NCBI GenBank assembly: GCA_051362555.1
Contig: CM120641.1
Coordinates: forward strand, 8,184,001 to 8,248,000
DNA length: 64,000 nt
Reading direction: 5' to 3'
Origin: Lingula anatina
Lineage: Eukaryota > Animalia > Brachiopoda
This document shows, piece by piece, positions 27,401-39,400 of the stretch. Below the pieces are notes generated by a model that worked only from the letters and a program-made list of their open reading frames with translations, was not told the DNA's origin and did not search any database. Within the stretch, counting starts at the first letter, position 1. Every line of letters starts with the position of its first letter. Made by a program: the position numbers and the translations under genes.

Positions 27401-30400
27401 AATTTTTTTCTTAAAATTATTTTTTCTTGGCTCAAACATTCAGAACAAATGTCAGAATTTTTTCTTGTTTCGATCGTTCAATTATATTGTTGGCAAGGCT
27501 CAGTAATTTTTGAAGCCAGTGAATAGGTTCTGCATGCTGCAGCCCTTTGTCAGTTGTAACACTAACAGTGGCTCTTGTAATTGAGGAAAAAACAATTAAA
27601 TCCAAGTTCTTATCTGGTAGCCAGACATACCTGTCATGTATTTTGTGCCCAATGACAATAATCTCGCTCGTAGACATGCAGTTTGTGCTGATTTAGTAGA
27701 CTGGCCTCCGTTGACTAATCAATCAGGTCCGCAGCCAGAGAAAGAAGGTCATTATGAAGGGGAAAAGGTCCGCTCTGGATTAAAATTCGATCTAGGTACA
27801 CAAAGGTTTCCTGGTAAAAGCTCCATTTTTTTCAAACCACACCACAGCCTTTGAAGTTGCTGGCTACAGGCTTGTTCACGTAAAATGATTTTTATCCACC
27901 AGACCTTCATGTTTCTTTCTAAATACCAAATATTGCCAGTGTAATGGATATCTCGTAAAACACCTTCACATGGGCCATATAACTAGCAATTAAAAGTTTT
28001 GAAAAAATAAGTAATTTATTTTCAAATTTATTTTAGGGATACATTATTGAGGTCAGATACTGCAAGATCCTACGTTTACTACAATCATTCCACAGAAAGA
28101 TCAGTGGAATCAACACAGCCCAGTCTTCTTGGTGCTAAATACCATAATATTTGATAGGGGCAATTGAATTTTGTTCGCAAATGCATCTATGCCAAGCAGG
28201 CTCTGCAACTTCAAAACATTTCTGATATCAGATTGGTAAAAAAAAAAACTTCAAATCTCTGGTTGATTTGAGTTGATGTATTAAGATTCAGGTACGTATG
28301 TAGGTGCCATGCCAGTCATTCAACTAAATCATATGATCATACAACTAGTTTGAGTCCACCTATGCTACAGTATCAAATATAAGTGAACAGGCACTGTTTA
28401 CCTCACCTGTCTCAGGAAAAAAAATCGTCCCTCGTCACTTGTCTAATGTATAGTGAACCGCATCATGAAAATGATCCTAGGTGGGGGAAATAAATAGATG
28501 GAAATTATGACGTGTCATCCATTTGAATCTTATGTTATGTTAGCAAAAATAGTACACAGCAAAATAAGATTTAAAAAGGAGGAAAACATCTTGTGTCGCA
28601 CTTTGGGTAAATTGCAGTACATCCAGTAAAATGGATGTTTTAGCAGATAGCTCAAACAATCCATCTTAATACAAAGGCTTTTATTGCTGTATTTTAATCA
28701 TTTTGACCAATATGATGTTTTTTGAAATCAATTATTAACCTTGTTTGAATTGTTTGGCATATTACCATACCATATCAGCATATGGAGATATTGACTCCAT
28801 GTGTCTAAAATGCAATAATATTGGTACCATACTTAGTGTGTTATTTGTGAGATACCAATCCATCAATAATATTGGTACCATATACTTACGAGATACCAAT
28901 GCATCAATAATATTGGTACCAATATTTGTGGTATATATGCATCAAATGTGTTGGATATCACTGTGTGCCATTGATATTGTACTATACATATTATATTAAA
29001 TTAGTGATACAGTTGGATCATCATTAGATTTAATATTTTTGTAATTGACACAACTTCTGATATAGTATTATCTGCATGAATTGTATCACTCTTATTGTAA
29101 ACCATATACATGACACATCATTTCTTCTGACGCCAGAATTAAAATATCTTGTTTTGACTAAATGCAATTTGCCGTGGCAGGCTGTGATGATTAGTATTAA
29201 ATGGAGCAATGGTTTCGTATTTTTAAAGTTCGCATTTATCTCTCACTGCAGCACTTACATAGTTCTGCATTATTTCATCCTTTACATGCTAAATGTTAAT
29301 CTCTTTTTCCTTGAAATACACTGTACTGTCTGCTGATGTGTGTTGAACTTTTTCATGTAGTTTGAGGTCATACTGATTACGTTTATCTTCACTACTCTGG
29401 AAAAAATCTTATGATGAAAACCTATCAGCACATGGTCTCTTGATTATATGAATTAGGTGTAACTTATGTCCACAAAAAAGCATCTCTTGTATTTCTGTCT
29501 TCTATTTATAGCTTCTGGTTGCCAGGACAAACTAGGAAACAGTATGTATTTCAATGTGTGCAAAAACATTATCCTTGTCTGGATAGGCATTTTTTTATGG
29601 GTAAATTGGATGGGGAGATGATAACGATGTTTTATTCTGGAATTCTTAATTTTCAGCACTATGTTTTTAAATAATTCACCCAGATCAAATATTTGATTGA
29701 AATTGATAGCATTTAAGCAAAAATAACTGTTTGCAATGTCTGTTACTGAAGATAAATTACTTTTAAGCCAATGCAAAATTCTTTTGCTATTATTGCTTGA
29801 TCCCAGCAATCCTTTTATATATGCTTTTGAGTGGGTCACATGATCAAGGACTTATCTCTTGAGAAAATTGGTTCCCAGAAATTAATCAAAAGGCATTAAC
29901 CATTCTTCATCGAGTTTGATTTTCACTAGCCAGCATTGATTAGATACATACTGGAGAATATACTGTTGGTCTTCTGCAACCCTCATGCTGTGAGCTTCAG
30001 ACAAAAATGAGGTTCTTGCTCCAGAACATGAAAAAGTTTAATCCAACTGGAGCCTGTGTGGAGATTATACGGGACTGCCAGCCAGTTGGAGCATCCATAG
30101 AAAAACATATTGTAGTAGGGAAACTTACTGAGAAGTGCAGTGTGATGGTGATTATAAGACATGAAGAGAGCTGGTCCAGAAATTAGTGAGGTAAAATTGG
30201 CAGTGAGTTATACATGCTGAGAGAGCTGCCTAGCTAGTTTGTTTTTCACTGGGGAAAGCGTAATGAGTGCAGTGTGTGGGTAGGAACAGCAGATTTCCTG
30301 CAAGCTTTATATTGGAATGGAGTAAGTGGTAGCAGCATCCCTTTTAAAAGTCCTGTTTTGAGAGATATGGATATGGCCTAGCAATGATGTGGGTAAGAAA

Positions 30401-33400
30401 ATTGTTTTAATAGGAGATTTAAGTGTTGTGCAACTGACAGTGGCACTATTTCTGACTCCAGTCTGAAATGATAACTTTGTTGTTTTAGTAGGAAAACGAG
30501 TTAATTTGATACTGAAACAACTGTGTGGAAGTACACTTAACTTGAAGGTTGTTTTTATTCTGTGACAATGATGGGTGTGTTGAAACGCACTCCAAGATGA
30601 TGAGCATTACTGAGCTATTTGATAGCATATATCATGTAAGCTTCCATTTATTTAGTCATCAGAAGCTGCAATAAAAAGAAAAGAATGATACCTTCTACAA
30701 TTTTTCCCTCAGAACATTCCAAAACAGTGAACTTTACATTTCTAAAAATACAAACTTTTTAAAGACAGAAGAAATAGCAAAATTTCATATATTGAAATCT
30801 TTAAAAACTTGGATTTATTTGAAACTCGATATTTGTGCAAAATTTCTGTGGTAAAAATTTGGGGACAGACTTATATGCAAAGCTTTCTGAATGGGTGGTT
30901 TCTCACGATATCATATGTTAACTTGCATGCTGCATTAGATCTCCTGATTTCCTGTTCTCTTGTGTGGGACATGTAACCTTCCATACCATGGTGGCTGTGG
31001 CATGTTGACTTAACTGTGGATTTCTTAAAAAAATTTTTTGAAAAAATGTGTTTCTATGAAGAATTTTGTAAGGGGAAGGGGGGGGGGAGACTGAAGACAG
31101 ACTTGCATTGTTAAATTTGTCTAATGATGTATGCTTGACAAGGGATTGTCTTAATTAATAGATACAGCTTGCCAAGTTATATCTATTAATTAAGACAATC
31201 CTGAAGATCAATTTTCAGGGTTTTTCCTTACCTTAAATAAAATATTATTATAGACAGTTCACAAAGAATTTTGTCAATCTCGTTAAGCTGCACAATTCCA
31301 TGGAGACTCTTGCTAAATGGAGTCAAATAAATAGACCAGCACACCTCCTGGCTTTGAGTGGAATATAGAAAAGCTGGTGAATATACTTGTAATTTGGAAA
31401 CAAAAGGTGGCGTGTTAGTCTGTTAATCTCATGGCATTCAGGGAGAGTCCCTGTGGAGTTAGTGTGCAGTAGCATTGGCTAAATCTTAGAAGAACTATTA
31501 TTTTGTATCCTTAGTGTTCATAATTAAAAATGATCAATTTTTTGAAAAATATGTCAAAAATGATAAATGTCCTTGCAAAAAAAAAAAAAAAGCTTGATTC
31601 CTGCTGATTCCGAATAAGTGTGACGGGGGCTTAAGCGACTTAGATTCCGGCATGCCTACTGAAGTTGATAAATGATAATTAATTACCCCTTACCAGCTTC
31701 AGTAGACGCGACAGACATCTAAGCTGTGTAAGTTGATTGCAATTTAGTGAGATTCCCCTTGGAGATAGATCGATCCAGCATTAGTATGATAGGGTCTGGG
31801 AACGGTCCCTATTATTATTCTCATAGTTGACAGCTGAAATGTTGCCAGGGCCACATTATTTTTCAAGTTTTTAGACCTGGACACAGAAAAAAAAAGATAA
31901 TTGATAAATAATTGAAATGCAATAAAATACTGTGGTTATAATATAATGCCTTCCAAATGTCACATTATAGTTTTTTAATGATCAATTCAAAACTGTGGAT
32001 TACTTGGCATTAATTGCTTTTAACTAATCAGAGTCAGCCATCCATTACCAGTGTTTATGGATTTTCTTTGGAGTCCATGTTGAATGATGGCTATACATAA
32101 AGATATCACCCACAACATTGTAAACTCATGGAAACATAACATGCCATGAATGATTTTTTAATCATTTCTGCATTAAGTCCCACATATTGACTCTTCTGGT
32201 AAATTATCCTTGTGAATGCCTGGCATGTAAAACACATTAAGGCTTTTTGAAGGCACTTGTCATTCAATGAAATTCTTTGAAAATCATACCTTTATGTCTT
32301 TGCCATGGTTTAGTGCTATTAAAGTGCCATCTATTTAACAGTTTTGTAGAATTGATAAATGTGCGACTTTTACAACTTGATTCTTGTATGTGATGTAGGG
32401 GGGATAATATGCTTTATGCCACCCTTTACCTGATCACCCTGAGTCCTAAATTGTTTAGAAGTTGCCGAATGACCTGTACCATGACAGTTTTCGAACAGCT
32501 GAATATTGATAGAAAACCTAATCTCTGAAGACAACAGTTAGGGTCACATAGAGGACCTGCTGGTAAGACATGTCACTGTTGGTTGTTTGACACTACTGGT
32601 GACCTTGAGAAATTGGAGAGGAAAGTGAGTATGTATTTACACACGTACAAATAGGCGCACATGCACGCATGCATGCACTCTTGTTTGATAAACTTATATT
32701 TCTATTTATTTTGCTGTTCAACATTATTTTAATCACACACCTAACAACAGTGGAGATGGTACCAGGAAGGTTCAATGAAGAACACAGTAGACCATTAGTA
32801 GAATCGTATAGTAGTGGTGTCACAATCACCTAATCGCCTTCACACAAAATATTTTAAAAATTCAGCAATTCTGAAGAAACCTGTCCTGTGTGTGATATAC
32901 CTTTGTGAAATTCCCATGCTTATTGTTTTCCCATTTGTATTGGGGATGGTATTAGATTAATTAATTGAGGTGTCAGTCCCAGTGTGCCGGTTAACCTGGT
33001 ACAGAAAAAAGAAATTCAATTGTTTAACAGCTTCCTATGAAATTGAATTATGCCACTGCAATTTGAGCTACAAACAATTACTCTGTTTTATGGCTGACAG
33101 ACTGGAGTTTTGTAAAAACATTAAATGTTGCTTTTACTATAAATTTGATTTGTGGCTGAAATAATAAAAATGTGTTATGTTGGTTCTATTATGGTTTTAT
33201 TTTAAGGCTAAAGCACTTGACTAGGATGTGGTTGGTTTGAATGTCCAAACATTCATGCAGTTGCTCAGAAAAAAAATGTAAGAAAGGGCAATCTTAGTTT
33301 CAGAGTATCAACATAGGTTTGCCTGCATGTCTGCCAATTCCTATAAACCAAGTAGACTTTGTAAGATAAGGAAAATGAGTCACTGTCTGAAATACACTGT

Positions 33401-36400
33401 AGAACAAGATTTCTGTGGAAATGTTTTAGAGAGAAGGGGGATTAACGTACCTTGAATTTTAAATTCTTTTTTCTTTTAACATCTCTTTAATCCTTATCTG
33501 CTTACAGAAGACAGATATGTAGAACCATTTTATGTCCATCTAGGACTTGTCTTGACAACTAGTGCATTTATGAGAGACAAAATAATGTTGCTGTTGCTTT
33601 AAAATTTAGAGTAATAAACCGCTTATAAGTTAAGATGCATGATAATGGTCTATATGCCAAAGGGGATATTGGTAAAATATCTGAAATAATGGTAATTTTT
33701 GTCCTGTCAACTTTTTACTGGACTGGAAGTAGTAACTAGAATTGGAGATTGTGTGACTGCATAAGATGGGATGGAGATCAAGAAGGTCCTAGTCTTGAAG
33801 GTAAGATATAATGTGCACTGAAACACTGGCTCTGTTTAACCTCTACTAAAGGTTTGTTTCCCTCCTGAGGACTAATAAGTGACATTTTAAAGAAAACAGT
33901 TCATTATACCACATTTGGTATCACACTGAGCATTTAAGTGGTGTCTATAGACCTTTGGTGCAAATACCATAACCTGTATGTTTGAAAAGGCACTTTAGTT
34001 GGTATTTAAATTTTTTGATTATATGATTTATATGTGGGCTCAGGGGCATTTGGAAAAATGAAGCATTCAGTACTATCGATGCTGATGAGAGCTTCCCAAA
34101 AAGTTATGGACATGAGTTTTATTTCAGGCTAACAGAATTATTTGCCCCTCCCCTCCCCTCCCCACCCCACCCCATCCCACCCACACCTACACCCCTTCTT
34201 CATTTGGGTGGTTAGAGAGAGATAACTTGTGTAAGCAGATGCATCATATCATTATTTCATATGATGGGCTAGTTTTAAATAGGAAAACACACTTGTTTGA
34301 TGGTTATATACATTTCCCATATTTAGGACCCTTAGGTGCCAGATATATAGGATGACGTTCAGTAACTAGTTCATCTAAAGGATGAATTAATTTAGAGTGT
34401 CAGACTGCAAATCAATAAAGAGATTAGTGAAATCGTTTTCAGAACACCCCATTTTTACTCGTGTTACCTCAGTATCATGCAAAACATTTGAAACATGAGA
34501 TCTGTTTGCAGAAGAAACATTAGTGAACTGACGACGTGGCTTTGTTTTAAGTGTCTTCAAAACACAGGTGAATGTTCTCTCACCATGCCTTGTATAATTT
34601 ACATCGTCGCACGCAGTATTTATTGAAACTGTTACAGGACTGTAGCAGTGAGAACAACTTGAAAGCTGGTGTAATCCTGATAAGTTTTATTGATGCGTTT
34701 GTAGTCAAGTTTACTGATAGTAGATCCATTAATAGAAGGATAAAAGCAATACATCTTTCATTTGAAGTAATTGTTATTGCAGGTAATCTTATGATTTGAT
34801 ACTACTGGTTTCTGAGGTAAGACCTGGTTGAAAATTTTTTTAAATGTTTTTCTGTCTTTTTCATTGGGATTGAGGCAATTTGATGTTTGCATATATTGAA
34901 AGATCCTATCTGTAATATCAGAAATCCATTATATCCTTGGTTAGGTACTTGGAAATTTAAGACCTTTGATGATGGATTTTCTTCTGTTGAAATGTTTCTT
35001 TTCTTGCATGTAGGTAGCCCTTGTGAGCATATATTACATTTATTCAAGATGGGAAAATTCTTCATTAAGTCTAAATATAATGTTATTTCTGAAAAAATGT
35101 TATGTGCTTTTCACCAAAAAAATATGTTGTTTTAAAATACATAAGGATTAAACTAAATTTTCTAACCAATTTATGGTAATAAATTATGGATGGAAATTCA
35201 GATAACTGTGCCAACAAGCAGGAAGGCACCTCATCATTAATTTGTTCTTATTGATTTTAAATGAAACACAAATGACAGAGATGGGTTAACTTTAGTTAAT
35301 TAGTTTAACATTAAGAAATAGATGTTTTTTCAGTAGCCACTTAGAAGATCAAAAGTCAATTTCTGAAGGCATTGTTTGTGTGGAATGAATTTGTCCCATA
35401 AATCATGACTGTGTTTGATGAAGAAATCTATAAGTGCAGCTGTGTCTCCTTTCTGGAATAGCTATAATTCAGACTTCCACTACTGCCTCTGGATATGTGA
35501 TAAATGACATAGTAAAGAGATGGAAAAAAAGAAATACTGCCTTTATTTGGAGTGCCTAGACTGCATGAATTACAGCATCAGGCAATTCTTGTTTGGAAGT
35601 ATATCGTCACTTCATTTATATTATTGCTGTTAGATTTTCAAATCGACTGGTTTTAGATCTGGCAAGAAAAGGTTTATTTGTCCCAGAATGTCTTGAGTTA
35701 CCTGTTCACCTACAGATTGGGTAAAGGAAGGTGCTTTTTGGGAGGTAAGCTTTGGAAGTAACTGATCTTTATCAGGACTGAAAAGATTGTAAGCACGGAA
35801 TTTTAGAGGTAAAAGAAGAATGTGCATTGTTAGAAATGTTGGTGAGGTAAAATTTACTCAGCTTTTTGTTTCAATCTTTACTATCATTTATGTTTTATAT
35901 TAAATGCATGTATTATTAGTGGCATTTAGTATATTATTTATCCCGTCTGAGTTACATTTTCATAGTCTAAGGGAGAATTCAGATAAATCCAGCGTACTAG
36001 CTGGATCGATCCAACTCTGCAAGGATTCTTGCATCAGTGCAGTCAATATAATCAGCTTAATTGTCTGACACGCCTCTTTGACCAGCAAGAGGATAATGAA
36101 CTATAGTTTGCACTTGGCTCTCAGAAGCTCTTTCACTTGAGGAGGTGTGTCAGACAACTAAGCTGATTTCACTGAATGCACTTTAGTTAGAATCCTGGGT
36201 TGGTCCAGCTAGTATGATGGGTTCATCTGAATGCAGTCTAAGGGTGCATTCCCATAGATTTTAGATCGATCTATCTCCGTGGGGAGTCTCACTAGATTAC
36301 TGTCAGATAATCCGGCTTAAATGTCTGTCCCGCCTACTACAAGCTGTAAGGGGGTAATTAACTTTCGTGCCTGCTCGGCTGACAGCTATTTAGCATGAAC

Positions 36401-39400
36401 CCCCAGGGAGTTAGGTCGATCTAGTTGGATCGGTCTAAATCTCTTGGAATGGGGTCTTAGAGAGCATGCAGAACAGATGATCCTCGGACTAACTGATCCA
36501 CTGACTAAATATGGCTGATCCCACCTCCACATATGCCATTAAATCTCAGCTCCGAGGTTTAATTGTTAGGCCCCTGCAGCAACAGCACATGTTGAGGCTG
36601 GGAGACCATCATGGAATTAGCGGTATCGTTTTTGAAGTGGGGTCGGTCATATTTAGTCCGCGGATCATCTGTTCTGAATGCGCCCCTAAGGCAAATTTAA
36701 TTTCATGCCGAATAGTGTGAAAGATTGAGAACTTAATAACCTTGCTTTTATGAAAGAAGACCAGATTTTGAGTGGTGCATTTGGGGTCATCTAGGACCCA
36801 AAATATATTTATCTTCTATCCTAGGGCTTGTGAAAAAGAATAACCCCCTCTTATTGTAAAAAGGGCCTTAGGGCCCAATGAAATTATCATTCTACATAGA
36901 TCATTCTAATTCCTCAGGTACTCTTGCTGAATGCAATCAGATTAACATGTCTTTTGTTTCCAATGCACTCAAAAATATCACCAGCTTTTCTGTATTTTAC
37001 ACGATGCCAGGAGGAGATATGTTAAACTGTTATTATGACTGCATTCAACCATATGCCCAGTAGATTTATGTAGAACTATAGTTTTATTGGGAATGAGCCC
37101 TTATATTATGTCCTTTATACTCAACAAAATAACTGGCAAAACATAATTAAGTGAAGAATAAGCTCTAAAGTCTGCAGAATGGTGGAATCTTGGAAGCTTA
37201 GGTCTTATTTCCTGGAAATCAGTTATCAAAATCACTAGCCAGATTGGATTGTTCAGTGGATGTGCATATTTCATAGTAAGATTTCCAAGAATGTTTAAGA
37301 ATTAAGGATTGGTAGTTTTTGTCTAGGGAGTCTGTCACCTAGGCAATCTGTGTGCTTTTTTTACAACATTCTCTTGTACGAGTGACCTACTGCTGAGCTA
37401 GTGAACACCTGATTCTTACATGTGACTGATGTCATGAAGGGAATGCCACAGAGTAGTGTATGTGAACATGTCTTTAGTCATTCATGCATATTTTTTTAAA
37501 AAGAAGAGTTTGGACAATGTAAAATTTGAATAATGAAGAAATGAACTGTAGAATAATACATTAACATTACTGGTAGCAAATATTTTTTTGTCGAGTATAA
37601 TATAGTAAATATATATGAATGCATTATAAGGAGTTTTCCATTAATTTGAAAATGTGCCTAGAAAGGGTTGCCATTAACCGAAATGTTGTCCTTTGTCAGC
37701 TGTTCTTATGATGTCATTAGTGGTATATATTAGTCTCAAAGAGGTGATTGAAACACAGATGGGTTTGTCAGCATGGAACTGTTGTGAGTCAGCTGCTCCA
37801 TGTTTTCTTTCTTGTTTCCTCATGCTCTTTACTCTCCGCCTCTGTCTGTGAAAGACGCTTAAAGTGTTACCTGCACATGGTCCTTTGGGCTGAGCTTGTC
37901 ATCTAGACACATGCAAGGGTGTGAATGCAGCTGCTGTTGTTCCAGTCCAAAACACCCTTATTGTCTCTCATCTCTGCTCTTACTTACTTATGCCATCCAT
38001 TATTCACGTAGCTGCAAAAGAAAGTGGCGATCTCTAAGAATTGATTGAAGATGTAATCTTCAAATTCACTGGCTCTTTTAAAGATTTATGAGCAACTTTT
38101 GACATATTTGAGACAGAATATTATCTGATTTCTCCAGGAATTGACAACTAACTCAACAGTTGAGTTTATTTATTGATTTGGGAATAGTAGATATTGTGAG
38201 AACTTTAAAAGAAACAGAGCATCATTATAAAGACTGCAAATAGGACTGAAAAACAAGTAAAATTCATTAAGCATGTTTCTAGAGGCTAGACGTGGTATTT
38301 GGTGGCAGCGTCTAAAAAGACTGTATTTCTGATTATGGTAATTGGAGTAACAAGGTTGTCAATTAAGTCAACATTTGCATTGGCTCGTAGCTCATTTGCC
38401 GTAAGAGGTAAGAACACGTGCAGCTAGGTGAGACACCTGGTGTTAATTTTGCTGAACATGAAAAATGGAAAGCAGCAATCTTTATTTTGAGCATAGTTGC
38501 AAAGAAAAAAGGGGTCAGGAGCAATAAAGACAATTTTGACGGCATAGGGTCTTTTTCAGCAGGTATTGCTAAAACAAGCAGTTAGCTATATTTATGGTCA
38601 TAAGTTTTTTTATTCATTTGTAAGCTCTTGCAATAGTTTTTGAGAAAATACCTTTTGAACACTTTTTTTTCATGCATAGATATCATTTTACAAGATACAG
38701 TCCTGCAAATCTAAAGGATTTGTATAAAAGCAGTTTAAAAATATGGCCAAATGCACTTACTTTGCAGTAATCTTCTACACTAGATTGCTTCAAGTGATCT
38801 TATCATGATAAAAGATATTGAAGGAAGTGAAGAACGGGGAACTGAATAAGTTACCCGCAAATAAATGCTGGAGTTTTAATTAGAACTGATAATTTCTATG
38901 TTGATTAAATGCTTGATTTGTGCTTTTCTGTCTCCTTATGTGTGCTAGTTTATTAAGACTGTAAATGAAACCAAGACTTCATCAATTGATTTTTATGAGC
39001 TTGAGGTAAGATTATTATCCAGTCTAGTCAGTATTTCCATCCATTTTCTTCTCCTACTTGGGGCTGCTGCTCAAAAAGACATTTAATGATACATTTTGCA
39101 GGAGCTGGAGGTAGAAAAAGTCCAGTAAGGAGACATTACTCTGCAGCAGATATGTTGGTTACAATGGAGACAGATATAGAATCACAGCTCTTGGAGGTGC
39201 GGCGGCGGCCAAGGTCCGAAGGATGCTGTTATGTTGGCAAATTCAGTCCAAAGCGTCTCTCAAGTTTTGGAGTAAGTATCGTCATCATTCATTTTTGAAA
39301 ATTTTATATCCTGCCTACACAGTGTCACAGGGATGATAGCAAGACATGGTGAAATGCCTCTCACGGAGAGTGTAATGCCTCTCACAGAGAGTATAAAATG

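Noticed and set aside
28813-28945. Direct repeats with variable spacing resembling a CRISPR array
   Set aside because: Eukaryotic intron, the spacers resemble one another, and there are no cas genes; it is a minisatellite.
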